Shown here: positions 28,207 through 38,300 of the stretch, one piece after another
Layout: each line of letters begins with the position of its first letter
How positions within the stretch are numbered: the stretch's first letter is position 1
Source of the DNA: an uncultured Acidobacteriota bacterium
Lineage (GTDB): Bacteria; Actinomycetota; Acidimicrobiia; Acidimicrobiales; SHLQ01
Assembly (NCBI GenBank): GCA_963732655.1
Contig: CAVTAI010000003.1
Coordinates: 4,940 to 68,939 of the forward strand
DNA: 64,000 nucleotides
Direction of reading: 5' to 3'
Position numbers and translations under genes: made by a program
The notes under the pieces: generated by a model
Told to the model about the DNA's origin: nothing
Seen by the model: the letters and a program-made list of their open reading frames with translations, nothing else
Databases searched by the model: none

Positions 28207-31104
28207 TTGAGACCTTGGGTCGTTCCTGCTCAGGTGGCACTCGACCCCGTCGTCCCGGCGTTCGCCGGATCGATGCCGACGCCTTTGGAGGTCACGGTGG
28301 ACGAACTCGCGAGCGACAGCGCCCGCGGCTCGACATCGCCCCGACGCGGTCTCGCGTCGAAGCTCATCGTCCGGGTCATCGCCGTCAGCCTGATTCCGCT
28401 CCTTCTCGTGGGTGCCATCGCCGTCTTCGCGGTCTTGTCGCTCGCCGACCAGGCCGACCGTGAGGTACGCGAATCTGGCGACCTCTTGGCCGACGATGTC
28501 GTGGCCACACAGCTCCAGGGCGAAGCGGCCAGCGTCATCAGCGAGGTCGAGCGATTCATCGACGAGCGAATCGGTGATGCCGCGGATCTCGCCGCCACCA
28601 CCGAAGTCCGCAGCGCCGCCGAGGCGGGCAGCTCCGAGGCCAACCGGTTGGGCATCGTCGGGATCGACCCCGCGCAGGTGGAGGCGCAGGTTCCCGCTCA
28701 CTCCCTGGCCGTGTCCCCGTCGCTCGACGCAGACCTGGCCGCCAAGGCCGAGGACTCAGCCTTCATCGGCAGCATCCTCGTCACCGACCGGTACGGAAAC
28801 ACGGCCGCCAGCTCAGCTCCGACCGCGGAGGTGTTCATCGGCGACGAAGCGTGGTGGACCCAGGCCTTCGACACCGGTGGATCGGTGTCGCCGTTCCGTT
28901 TCGATGCCACCGGCAACCAGTTTGCGGTCGATGTGGCCGTCCCGATCAGCGACTCCGCTGCCACGATCGGCGTGTTGCGCGTGTCGATCGACGTTTCCTA
29001 CGTCCAAGATCTCGCCGACGCCCTCTCGCTTCGTTCGGGCAGCGACGTCAGCATCGTGAACGCCGACGGTCTCCTGCTGGCCGACACGGCGACGGGTCAC
29101 GACCTGACCCGCATCATGAACGGCGAGCTCGTCCTCGACCCGACGGTCGACGCCGACATCATCCAATCCCAGGCTGACGCCGCCGCCGCCGGCTCCTTCC
29201 GCACTGAAACGGGCATCGTCGGGTTCGCCCGCTCGACTCAGTCCGACATCGGGTCGGCCGTCAACCTCCTCGTCGTGCTCGACCAGAACGAGCAGATCGC
29301 GCTGGCCCCGCTGTCCGGTCTCGACTCCCTTCGCGACGACCTGAACAGCGCGTCCCGCAACCTGATGCTGGTGCTGCTGGCCCTGACCGTGGCGGCCATC
29401 GCCGCTTCCTTCGTCGTGTCCCGCCTCCTCGTGCGCGCCATCGTGCGACCGATCCTGGCTCTTCGCGACGCCGCCAACCGGGTCGCCGATGTCGAGCTGC
29501 CCCGGGTCATGGAGGAGATCGAGCATCAGGAGGAGGGCGCCGAACCGCCGTCGCTCCAGCCGATCGAACTCGACACGGGTGACGAGGTCGAGGAGCTGGC
29601 CCGTGCCTTCACCTCCGTCCAGGACACCGCCGTCCGGCTGGCGTCCGTGCAGGCCGAGGCTCGGCGCCGCAACGTCGCCCAGGCGTTCGTGTCGATGGGT
29701 CGTCGCAACCAGAACCTGATCGGTCGACAGCTCGAGTTCATCGAGCAGCTGGAGGAGTCGGAGTCGGACCCCCAGACCCTCGCCAACTTGTTCAAGCTCG
29801 ATCACCTGGCGACCCGTCTGCGTCGCAACGCCGAGTCGTTGCTGGTGCTGGCCGGCGAGGAGCCGGCCCGCCGGTGGGGTGTCCCGGTATCGATCATCGA
29901 CGTCGTCCGATCGGCCGCATCGGAGATCGAGGACTTCCCCCGGGTCGAGCTCAGCCGTCTCGAGGACCAGCCGGTCCAGGGCAGTGTCGTCGCCGAGCTC
30001 TCCCATCTCCTGGCCGAAGTCGTCGAGAACGCACTGGCCTTCTCTCCGCCCAACACCGCCGTTCTCGTCGCCGGCCGTCGCCGCGCTGAGGGATACGAGC
30101 TGGCCGTCGTCGATCGCGGCATCGGTATGACCGAGACGGAGCTCCAGGAAGCGAACGAGCGCCTGGCCAACCCGGCCGAGTTCGACCGGGCGCCGACGCA
30201 GCGCCTCGGACTGTTCGTAGTCGGCCGTTTGGCGGCCCGGCACGGGGTGCGGGTGAAGATGGTCCCATCCGCCGCCGGCCAAGGCGTGACCGTGCTCCTG
30301 CTGTTGCCGCCGACCCTGCTCGAGGACGGCTACCACACGGAGGCGACACCGACGCTGGCCACCGCGGCTCCGTCCGTGGAGGCGCGGCCCGAGGTCCAGC
30401 CCCCGGTCGAATCGCGGGAGCCGGCGCCCTACGAGCCGCCCGCCTATGAGCCGCCGGCATTCGCGCCTCCTGCCTACGAACCGCCAGCCTTCGTGCCCGC
30501 AGCCGTCGAGCCTCCGGCGTACGAAGCGCCGGCGTTCGAGCCCCCGTCCGTCGAGTCGCTGGCCGCTGAGTCGCCAGTCGCTGAGGCCTATGAGCCCGTG
30601 GGCGAATCAGGTGCCGCTGAGCCCGTGGGCGAACCTGGACTCGCCGATGCGGTGCCCGAACGCGGAGGAAGCCCGTGGGCGACCGATCCCGAGGCGTCGG
30701 CGCCGCCGCAGTTGCCCCGCCGGGAGCCGGCGACCAGCTACGACGCGGGCCCGCCAGCCGCACCCAGCCTGCCGCGCCGTGAGCCCGCCGAAACTGCGTG
30801 GAGCGAGCCGACCGCGGACGTGCCCGCGTCCGCCGTCGCTGGCCCAACCCCGCGGGACCTCCGGAACGACGACGGCCCCGACGTCACCCCCTCCGGTCTG
30901 CGCCGCCGCCGTCCCACCGAGCCGCTTCCGGTCACCTCAGCCCGCCCGATGATGCCGGACGACGAGATCGGACCCGAGCGGGACCCCGATGCCGTTCGCG
31001 CCACGTTGCGTCGATTCATGACCGGCGTGGGCCACGGCCGCCGCCTCGCCGGCGACCCCGAAGCACCCGACCCGATCTCCACCGGAGGTGGCCACGATGA
31101 GTGA
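28207..31104 (+). CDS. Conservon sensor histidine-kinase-like protein (CvnA type) with a long Pro-rich C-terminal tail
   Basis: N-terminal TM helix, extracytoplasmic region, second TM plus a HAMP-like segment, an HATPase_c region (VVENALAFSPP...VVDRGIGMTETEL), then about 250 aa of low-complexity tail. The start within 28207..28273 is uncertain. Confidence 0.85.
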   Translation: MRPWVVPAQVALDPVVPAFAGSMPTPLEVTVDELASDSARGSTSPRRGLASKLIVRVIAVSLIPLLLVGAIAVFAVLSLADQADREVRESGDLLADDVVATQLQGEAASVISEVERFIDERIGDAADLAATTEVRSAAEAGSSEANRLGIVGIDPAQVEAQVPAHSLAVSPSLDADLAAKAEDSAFIGSILVTDRYGNTAASSAPTAEVFIGDEAWWTQAFDTGGSVSPFRFDATGNQFAVDVAVPISDSAATIGVLRVSIDVSYVQDLADALSLRSGSDVSIVNADGLLLADTATGHDLTRIMNGELVLDPTVDADIIQSQADAAAAGSFRTETGIVGFARSTQSDIGSAVNLLVVLDQNEQIALAPLSGLDSLRDDLNSASRNLMLVLLALTVAAIAASFVVSRLLVRAIVRPILALRDAANRVADVELPRVMEEIEHQEEGAEPPSLQPIELDTGDEVEELARAFTSVQDTAVRLASVQAEARRRNVAQAFVSMGRRNQNLIGRQLEFIEQLEESESDPQTLANLFKLDHLATRLRRNAESLLVLAGEEPARRWGVPVSIIDVVRSAASEIEDFPRVELSRLEDQPVQGSVVAELSHLLAEVVENALAFSPPNTAVLVAGRRRAEGYELAVVDRGIGMTETELQEANERLANPAEFDRAPTQRLGLFVVGRLAARHGVRVKMVPSAAGQGVTVLLLLPPTLLEDGYHTEATPTLATAAPSVEARPEVQPPVESREPAPYEPPAYEPPAFAPPAYEPPAFVPAAVEPPAYEAPAFEPPSVESLAAESPVAEAYEPVGESGAAEPVGEPGLADAVPERGGSPWATDPEASAPPQLPRREPATSYDAGPPAAPSLPRREPAETAWSEPTADVPASAVAGPTPRDLRNDDGPDVTPSGLRRRRPTEPLPVTSARPMMPDDEIGPERDPDAVRATLRRFMTGVGHGRRLAGDPEAPDPISTGGGHDE
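30418..30552 (+). repeat. In-frame 15-nt (pentapeptide E-P-P-A-Y/F) tandem repeat, about 9 units, in the kinase tail
   Basis: EPAPY EPPAY EPPAF APPAY EPPAF VPAAV EPPAY EAPAF EPPSV, read directly from frame 1. Confidence 0.85.
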
Positions 31105-31519
31105 CCTGTCCGCCGAAGCCGAGAACTTCAGCTGGCTTCTGCGCAACTTCGCCAGCAACACCCTCGGAGTCACCGAGGCGATCGCCGTCTCCGCCGACGG
31201 TCTGCTCCTGGCCTGCTCAGATGAGTCGCGCCGGGACATGGCCGAGCAGTTCTCAGCCATCGCGTCGGGCCTCAGCAGCCTGACCCAGGGAGCGTCCTTC
31301 TGCTTCGACCTGCACGGGGTGGAGCAGGTCATCGTCGAGATGGGCCGCGGCTTCATGTTCATCATGTCGATCAGCGACGGTTCGGTCCTCGGGGTGTTGG
31401 CCGACAAGAACTGTGACGTGGGTCTGGTCGGGTACGAGATGGCTCTGCTGGTCGACCGCGTCGGCCGCGTGCTCACCCCCGAGCTCGTCGTCGAGCTCCA
31501 GAACTCCGTGGTCGCATGA
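31097..31519 (+). CDS. Roadblock/LC7 domain protein (conservon CvnB type)
   Basis: MSDLSAEAENFSWLLRNF...VTEAIAVSADGLLLA... is typical of the family. Start placed at ATG 31097 (GGAGGTGG upstream), overlapping the kinase stop. Confidence 0.85.
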   Translation: MSDLSAEAENFSWLLRNFASNTLGVTEAIAVSADGLLLACSDESRRDMAEQFSAIASGLSSLTQGASFCFDLHGVEQVIVEMGRGFMFIMSISDGSVLGVLADKNCDVGLVGYEMALLVDRVGRVLTPELVVELQNSVVA

Positions 31520-31872
31520 GCCAACCGTCCGACCCGACTCCCCGACCCGCGGGGCCCGGACCGATGGTGAGGCCGTACTTCCTCACCGGTGGCCGGACCA
31601 CCTCGATCGGCGACGACCTCCCGATGGAGTCGCTGGTGGTCCTGCGTCAAGACGACGGATCCGCTACGGCGGAACGGCGTCAGATCATCGATTTGTGTGT
31701 GGAACCAGTGGCGATCGCCGAGATCGCGGCGCGCGTGAAGCTCCCGCTGGGCGTCGCCCGGGTGCTCGTTTCGGATCTGGCGGCGATCGGAACCGTCGAA
31801 GTTTGCAAAACCGTCGTCGAGGGTGACCTCGACCTGATCAGGAGGTTGATGGCCGGTGTCCGGGCCCTCTGA
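31516..31872 (+). CDS. DUF742 protein (conservon CvnC type)
   Basis: MVRPYFLTGGRT motif and a C-terminal HTH-like segment. ATGA overlap with the upstream gene. Confidence 0.8.
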   Translation: MSQPSDPTPRPAGPGPMVRPYFLTGGRTTSIGDDLPMESLVVLRQDDGSATAERRQIIDLCVEPVAIAEIAARVKLPLGVARVLVSDLAAIGTVEVCKTVVEGDLDLIRRLMAGVRAL

Positions 31873-32455
31873 GAATGCACGAGCGGGCAGGTCTCGTCCG
31901 GTCTCGGCCAAGTTTGTCGTCGCCGGCGGGTTCGGCGTCGGCAAGACCACGTTTGTCGGAGCGATCTCCGAGATCCCGCCGTTGCGCACCGAGGCGGTGA
32001 TGACGTCGGCCAGTCGCGGCGTCGACGACACCAGCATGGTGCAGACCAAGACCACCACCACGGTGGCCATGGACTTCGGCCGTATCACCATCGATCCGTC
32101 GCTCGTCCTGTACCTGTTCGGCACGCCCGGCCAGGAGCGGTTCGGGTTCATGTGGGACGACCTCATCCGGGGCGCCCTCGGGGCGATCGTCTTGATCGAC
32201 ACCCGTCGCCTCGACGACTCGTACCCGGCGATCGACTACTTCGAGCGGCGCCAGATGCCGTTCGTCGTCGCCATCAACCACTTCGACGGCTCGCCGGTCT
32301 ACCCGGTCGAGGAGGTGCGGTACGCCCTCAACGTGTCGAGCGGGATCCCGCTCATCGACTGCGACGCCCGGGACCGGGATACCGTCAAGCTGGTCCTGAT
32401 CTCGCTGCTCGACCTGCTGCTCAACCGATTGGAGTCCGGCCGACGAGGGATCTGA
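31856..32455 (+). CDS. Small Ras/MglA-like GTP-binding protein (conservon CvnD type)
   Basis: P-loop GGFGVGKTT, FGTPGQERF (switch II DxxGQ-like), and NHFD in place of NKxD. Confidence 0.85.
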   Translation: MSGPSENARAGRSRPVSAKFVVAGGFGVGKTTFVGAISEIPPLRTEAVMTSASRGVDDTSMVQTKTTTTVAMDFGRITIDPSLVLYLFGTPGQERFGFMWDDLIRGALGAIVLIDTRRLDDSYPAIDYFERRQMPFVVAINHFDGSPVYPVEEVRYALNVSSGIPLIDCDARDRDTVKLVLISLLDLLLNRLESGRRGI

Positions 32456-32473
32456 TGTAGGCGCGGCGAACCT

Positions 32474-33255
32474 TCAGTAGCCCATGTGTTCGCCGGCGTT
32501 GATCAGGATCGACTGGCCCGTGATCATGCGAGCTCGGGACGAGGCCAGGAAGATGACCGACTCGGCGATGTCCTCGTCGGCGGGGATTTCCCCGAGCGGC
32601 ATGCTGGCGGCGATCCCGGCCTTGACGACATCCTCGGAGATGCCTTCGTTGCTGGCCGTGTAGGCGACATAGCCCTGCACCGGTGGGCCCCACATCCACG
32701 TCGGGATGACCGTGTTGACCCGGATCTTGGCCGGCCCGAGATCGTTGGCGAGGTAGCGCATCGCCGTCAGGAGGGCTCCCTTGCTCGCTCCGTAGGCGAT
32801 CTGTGGCATGGCCGGCAGGATGGCCGACTGCGAGCCGACCAGGATCACGGAGCCACCGCCGGCGCGGTGAGGGCCGGTACGGCCGCCTTGACGAGGTGCA
32901 TCGAACCGACGACGTTGACCTCGAACATGCGGAGCCACTCGGCATCGGGCGTGTCGTCATAGGAACCCATCAATGCGTCATAGGCGGCGACCTGGGCCAC
33001 CGCGTCGAGACGGCCGAACCGCGCCTCGGCGGCGGCGACGAGGGAGGCGCAACTGGCCTGATCGGTGATGTCCAACGCGCCGGCGAGAATGCGTTCCCCT
33101 GAGGGATCGAGCTCCGCCGCCACGCCCGTGAGCCGCTCGAGGTTGCGGGCGCCGACGACGACGTTGGCACCGTCGCGCAGGGCGCAGCGAGCGATCTCGC
33201 GGCCCAACCCTGGGCCGACACCTGAGACGAGGATGGTGGAACCGTCGAGGATCAT
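32474..33255 (-). pseudogene. Short-chain dehydrogenase/reductase, interrupted by a 1-nt frameshift near 32858..32868
   Basis: The upstream piece (MILDGSTILVSGVGPGLGREIA...VKAAVPALTA) stops at 32845..32847. The downstream piece in the adjacent frame begins GGGSVILVGSQSA and carries the catalytic YGASKGAL. The two pieces join into one normal SDR. Confidence 0.8.
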
Positions 33256-33369
33256 GGTCGCATCCTGACCGAAGGCCGCCCCACCACGCCAGATCATGGC
33301 CGTCCTCACACCCACGACGCCAGATCGTGGCCAGCCTCATATCGGGTCGATGCGGGCCGATCCTCACTG

Positions 33370-35310
33370 GTGAGTGAGATCGCGTTCGCGGACAGCGAAA
33401 GACGGCCTCCTTTCGCTCGCGCCGTGGCCGCGCTGTACCTCGTCGGCGCATCGGGATGGATCGTGTGGCGACTCGCCGCGACCTCCGCCGGCGCCGAGCC
33501 GATCCTTTTCGTGATCCTGGCCGTGGTCGAGGTGTGGGCGATCGGGCGACTCGCCGCGGTCGCCGTCCCATGGGCGCTCGACCGACGCTCGACGGTGCGC
33601 GGCGATGGTGCTGCCGGCTCGCCGGTGCGCGGCGATGGTGCTGCCGGCTCGTCGGCGCGTGGCGATGGTGCTGCCGGCTCGTCGGCGCGCGGCGATGGTG
33701 CTGCCGGCTCGCCGGTGCGCGGCGATGTTGTGATCGTCGTCGGATCGGAGCCGGTGGCGCAGTTGCGCATCGCGGCGTGGAGCTGCCGGTTCGTGACCGG
33801 GTCGGACCGGGTGATCGTGATCGATGCCGTCGGACGACCGGCCGTCCAGGAGGAATGCCGGCGGCTCGGGCTGCCCGTCGTCGTCGGCGAAGGATGGGAC
33901 GGGGTGGGCGCAGCGCTCGACGCGGTCGCCCAGTCAACGGCGGCGCCCTCCCTGGTGATCGTGCCCGTGCGGTGCGCAGTCCTGCCGGATCTGCTCGTCG
34001 CGACGACGCCGCTTCTCGGGGGAGCCGTGAACGCGGTCTCCGTGCCGACCACCATCGTGGCCGACCCCGGTCTCTTCGGCGGTGCGGGGTACGACCTCGG
34101 GCTCGACGAGGACGCGGGCACGAGCGCCCGGAGCCCGTCCTATGGGCGGCTGCTCGATGGTCCGCTCGTGGTGCGCACCCTGGCTCTACGGCACGTGGGC
34201 TCGGGCTCCGGGCGCCGGCCCTGGCTCGCCACCGGTCGGCGGGTCGTCGCGGCGGGAGGACTCATCGCAGTCGCGCCCTCGGTGCTGGCCATGGAACGAG
34301 CTCCGGCGTCGGAGAGCGAAGCGTTGCGACGCCGCTGGCGGGCCGTGCGAGCCGACCGATCTGAACCCCGGTCGAGAGTGCCCGCAGCCAACCGGTTCGA
34401 TCGGTGGGCGTTCGCCGCCCGCAGCGCCACGTTCCTGTTGGTTCCCGTGTCGGTCTGGACGGGTCGGGTCCCGTTGACGATGGCTCCGTCGGACCTGGCC
34501 TTCATACTCGTGCCGTGGTGGTGCCTGACCGCGGTGGCGCGCCGCACGCTCGTGCCGCGCCGGTGGGGGGTGCTCGGCCAGCTCCGGCGTGATGTCCGCA
34601 CTCTCGGCGCCGACCTTCACGCCGGCCTTCGCCGTGGCGGTGAACCGGCGGTGTCGGCGTTCGTCCGGTATCAGCGCACGACCGCGCTGGCTCTGGTCGT
34701 CCTCGCCCTGATCACGTCGGCGCCCCTCTTCGGGGTGGGCCCAGGCGTGGGACCGCCCGATCTGGCGAGCGCCCTGTCGGGGGTTGCCGCGCTGGTGATG
34801 CTGGGCGTGGCTCGCGACACGTTGTGGGCCTCGACCGAGCGTCAGCGTCGCGGCTTGCCCCGGGAGGCGTGGGCACATGTTCAGCCGGCCGGGCCGTTCC
34901 GGATCAAGGACGTGTCACCCCTGGGCATCCTCGTCGACGGTCCGCCTACGGTGCAGGTGTCCGACGTGGTCGATGTCGACCTTGCCCTGCCGCTACCGGG
35001 GCGCCCGGCGACGACGGTCCGCCACCGGGCCGTCGTGCAGCGGGTCAAACCCGGCGAGGGGATCTTCCTGCAGTTCGACCTCGATGACGACCTCTTCGAC
35101 GAGCTGCTCTACTTCACGGCCGTCACCCTTCCGATGATGCGCCGTCTCGACGTGCGAGCCCGCCCGGTTGTCAGCATCCGCGAGCGGGGACGGCAGGCCC
35201 CCGTCCCCGATCTGGCTCCGTGGATGGCCAGCGTGCTCCGTGGGGCGACCGAGGCTCGAACCCCTGGCGATGTTCTCACCGGGAGCCTGGCGGACAGCCC
35301 GGTAGCCTGA
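33370..35310 (+). CDS. Membrane protein with a cellulose-synthase-like GT2 architecture plus a C-terminal PilZ domain; the GT2 catalytic motifs appear degenerate
   Basis: TM segments flank a GT2-like core whose expected D / DxD / TED / QxxRW positions read GSE / IDAV / VPVRC / RRRW. PilZ motifs are RQRRGLPR and DVSPLG. Family call is by reading only. Confidence 0.65.
   Translation: MSEIAFADSERRPPFARAVAALYLVGASGWIVWRLAATSAGAEPILFVILAVVEVWAIGRLAAVAVPWALDRRSTVRGDGAAGSPVRGDGAAGSSARGDGAAGSSARGDGAAGSPVRGDVVIVVGSEPVAQLRIAAWSCRFVTGSDRVIVIDAVGRPAVQEECRRLGLPVVVGEGWDGVGAALDAVAQSTAAPSLVIVPVRCAVLPDLLVATTPLLGGAVNAVSVPTTIVADPGLFGGAGYDLGLDEDAGTSARSPSYGRLLDGPLVVRTLALRHVGSGSGRRPWLATGRRVVAAGGLIAVAPSVLAMERAPASESEALRRRWRAVRADRSEPRSRVPAANRFDRWAFAARSATFLLVPVSVWTGRVPLTMAPSDLAFILVPWWCLTAVARRTLVPRRWGVLGQLRRDVRTLGADLHAGLRRGGEPAVSAFVRYQRTTALALVVLALITSAPLFGVGPGVGPPDLASALSGVAALVMLGVARDTLWASTERQRRGLPREAWAHVQPAGPFRIKDVSPLGILVDGPPTVQVSDVVDVDLALPLPGRPATTVRHRAVVQRVKPGEGIFLQFDLDDDLFDELLYFTAVTLPMMRRLDVRARPVVSIRERGRQAPVPDLAPWMASVLRGATEARTPGDVLTGSLADSPVA
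33595..33727 (+). repeat. 30-bp in-frame tandem repeat, about 4.4 copies, encoding (V/A)RGDGAAGS(P/S)
   Basis: Units at 33595, 33625, 33655 and 33685, plus a partial unit at 33715. Units differ by 1-3 nt. Confidence 0.9.
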
Positions 35311-35316
35311 CTCCTC

Positions 35317-38300
35317 GTGAACGAGGTGCCTGCTCCGCCGTATCCCCGCGTCGACAAACCTGACTTCCCGGCCATCGAGCATGCTGTTCTCGATCGCTGG
35401 AAGGACGCCGACACCTTCCGCCGGTCGATCGACAACCGTGCCTCGGCACGCGAATACGTCTTCTACGACGGACCCCCCTTCGCCAACGGTTTGCCCCATC
35501 ACGGCCACCTGCTCACCGGCTACGTCAAAGACGTGGTGCCGCGGTACCAGACGATGCGGGGGAACCGGGTCGATCGTCGCTTCGGCTGGGACTGCCACGG
35601 GCTCCCGGCCGAGATGGAATCGGAGAAGGAGCTCGGGGTGAGCGGGCGGGCCGCCATCACGGACTACGGCATCGGCCGCTTCAACGAACACTGCCGCACC
35701 TCGGTGCTCCGCTACACGGCCGAGTGGGAGAAGACCGTCACCCGCCAGGCCCGCTGGGTCGACTTCGACAACGACTACAAGACCATGGATCTCCCGTACA
35801 TGGAGTCGGTCATGTGGGCGTTCAAGACCCTGTGGGACAAGGGCCTCATCTACGAGGCCTTCCGGGTCGTTCCCTATTCCTGGGCGGCCGAGACCCCCCT
35901 GTCGAACTTCGAGATCCGCCTCGACGACGCCACCCGACCCCGGCAGGACCCCGCACTCACCGTCCGCTTCGACCTGGAGCCCCAGCCCGGCGACCCCGGC
36001 CCCATGGCGCTGCTGGCCTGGACCACCACGCCGTGGACCCTCCCGTCGAACCTCGCCCTGGCGGTCGGTCCCGACATCGAGTACGCCGTCCTCGAGCTGG
36101 ACGGCTCGTACGTGGTGATCGGTGCCGATGTCCTGGCCGGTTTCGAGGCCCAGCTGGGTCACGCCCGGCGACACGGCACGGTGCTCGGTCGAGATCTGGT
36201 GGGCCGCACGTATCTCCCGCTGTTCCCCTACTTCGCCCACCGGACCGAAGCCTTCCGGGTCATCGGCGTCGAGTACGTCGACACCACCGAGGGCACCGGC
36301 ATCGTGCACACCGCCCCGGGCTTCGGTGAGGACGATCAGCAGGCTGGAGAGGCCAACGGCATCCCGATCGGCGATGCCGTACCGGTCGACGATCAGGGCC
36401 GTTTCACCGAACCCGTCACCGATTGGCTCGGTCAGAACGTTCTCGAGGCCAACCCGGCGATCATCCGGCACCTCAAGGAGGCGGGCCGAGTCCTCCGCCA
36501 CGACACCATCGAGCACAATTACCCCCACTGCTGGCGCACCGACCAACCGATCATCTACAAGGCGATCTCGTCGTGGTACGTGAAGGTCACCGACATCCGG
36601 GAGACTCTCCTGGCGTTGAACCAGCAGATCAACTGGGTGCCCGACCATGTCCGCGACGGCCGATTCGGCATGTGGCTCGACGGCGCCCGGGACTGGTCGA
36701 TCAGCCGCAACCGTTTCTGGGGTTCACCGATCCCGGTGTGGCAGAGCGACGACCCGGCCTACCCGCGAACGGATGTCTACGGCAGCCTCGACGACATCGA
36801 GCGCGATTTCGGCGTCCGGCCCACCGACCTCCATCGACCGTTCATCGACGAGCTCGTGCGTCCCAACCCAGACGATCCGACCGGCCAGTCGATGATGCGA
36901 CGCGTCCCCGAGGTGCTCGACTGCTGGTTCGAGTCCGGATCGATGCCGTTCGCCCAGGTGCACTACCCGTTCGAGAACAAGGACTGGTTCGAGACCCACT
37001 TCCCGGCCGACTTCATCGTCGAGTACATCAACCAGACGCGGGGTTGGTTCTACACGTTGCATGTGTTGGCGGGTGCGCTGTTCGACCGCCCGGCGTTCCA
37101 GAACGTGATCTGTCACGGGATCTTGCTGGCCGGTGACGGAAACAAGCTCTCGAAGAAGCTGCGGAACTACACCGAGCCGGACGAGATCTTCGAACGGCAG
37201 GGTGCCGATGCCCTCCGGTGGTATCTGATGTCGACGAACATCGTTCGTGGCGGCGACGCCCGCATCAGCGATCCCGGCATCGACGACGTCGTGCGCCAGG
37301 TGCTCCTTCCCATATGGAACGCCTGGTCCTTCTTCGCCATGTACGCCAACGCCGACGGCGTCCGGGCGACCCTGCGAACCGACTCGACCGACGTGCTCGA
37401 CCGCTACATCCTGGCCAAGACCCGGTCAGTGGTCGAGGCCACCACGGCACGGTTGGATTCGTATGACCTCTCCGGCGCCTGTAGCGAGATCAGTTCGTTC
37501 ATCGACGCGCTCAACAACTGGTACATCCGGCGGAGTCGTGATCGTTTCTGGGCGCCGGCGGCCGCGGTCGATCCGCAGGTCAAGCGGGACGCGTACGACA
37601 CGCTCTACACCGTGCTGGTCACGCTGTGCCAGGTCGCCGCTCCCTTCCTGCCGCTCGTCGCCGACGAGATCTACCGAGGGCTGACGACCGGTGTCGCGGG
37701 CACGCCTGATTCGGTGCACCTGACCGACTGGCCCGATCCGGCATCGCTCCCTGCCGATCCGGCGCTCGTCGCCGCCATGGACCGGGTGCGCGACGTGTGC
37801 TCCGTCGCGTTGCGCCTGCGCGAGGACAGCGGCCTGCGCGTGCGGTTACCGCTGGCCGAGCTGATCGTCGCTGGTGCGGATACGTCCGGGTTGCGCATGC
37901 TGTCCGACCTGGTGGCCGACGAGGTCAACGTCAAGAGCATCACGCTGACCGACGACATCGACCGCTACGCGCGTTTCGTTCTTCGACCCAATGGCAAGGT
38001 GCTCGGACCGAAGCTCGGCGGAGCGGTCCAAGAGGTGTTCGGAGCGGCGCGCGCGGGCCAGTGGTCACGTGAACCCGACGGCACCGTCGCCGTCGCCGGG
38101 TACACCCTCGTCGACGGCGACTTCGACCTGGCGCTCGAGTCCCCCGAGGGTCAGACGGCCGGCGCGTTGCCGAGCAACGACGGCGTCGTCGTGCTCGACA
38201 CCACGATCACGCCGGAGCTCTCGGCGGAGGGCCTCGCTCGCGACGTCGTTCGGCTGATCCAGAACGCCCGGAAGGACGAAGACCTGGTGATCACTGACCG

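Noticed and set aside
33595-33727. Could the 30-bp tandem array (or the 45-bp array at 41780) be a CRISPR array?
   Set aside because: The units are directly adjacent, with no unique spacers. The 33595 array is in-frame inside a coding sequence. No cas genes are present in the window.
33595-33727. The repeated RGD tripeptide as an integrin-binding / adhesion motif
   Set aside because: The repeat sits right after the N-terminal TM helices, next to what appears to be the cytoplasmic GT2-like core of a polytopic membrane protein. RGD arises trivially from GC-rich codons (CGC GGC GAT). No evidence of surface exposure.
35311-35316. A T-box or other leader upstream of ileS, as reported for ileS in some Actinomycetota
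   Set aside because: Only 6 nt separate the upstream stop (35310) from the ileS GTG (35317), which leaves no room for a leader RNA at this locus.
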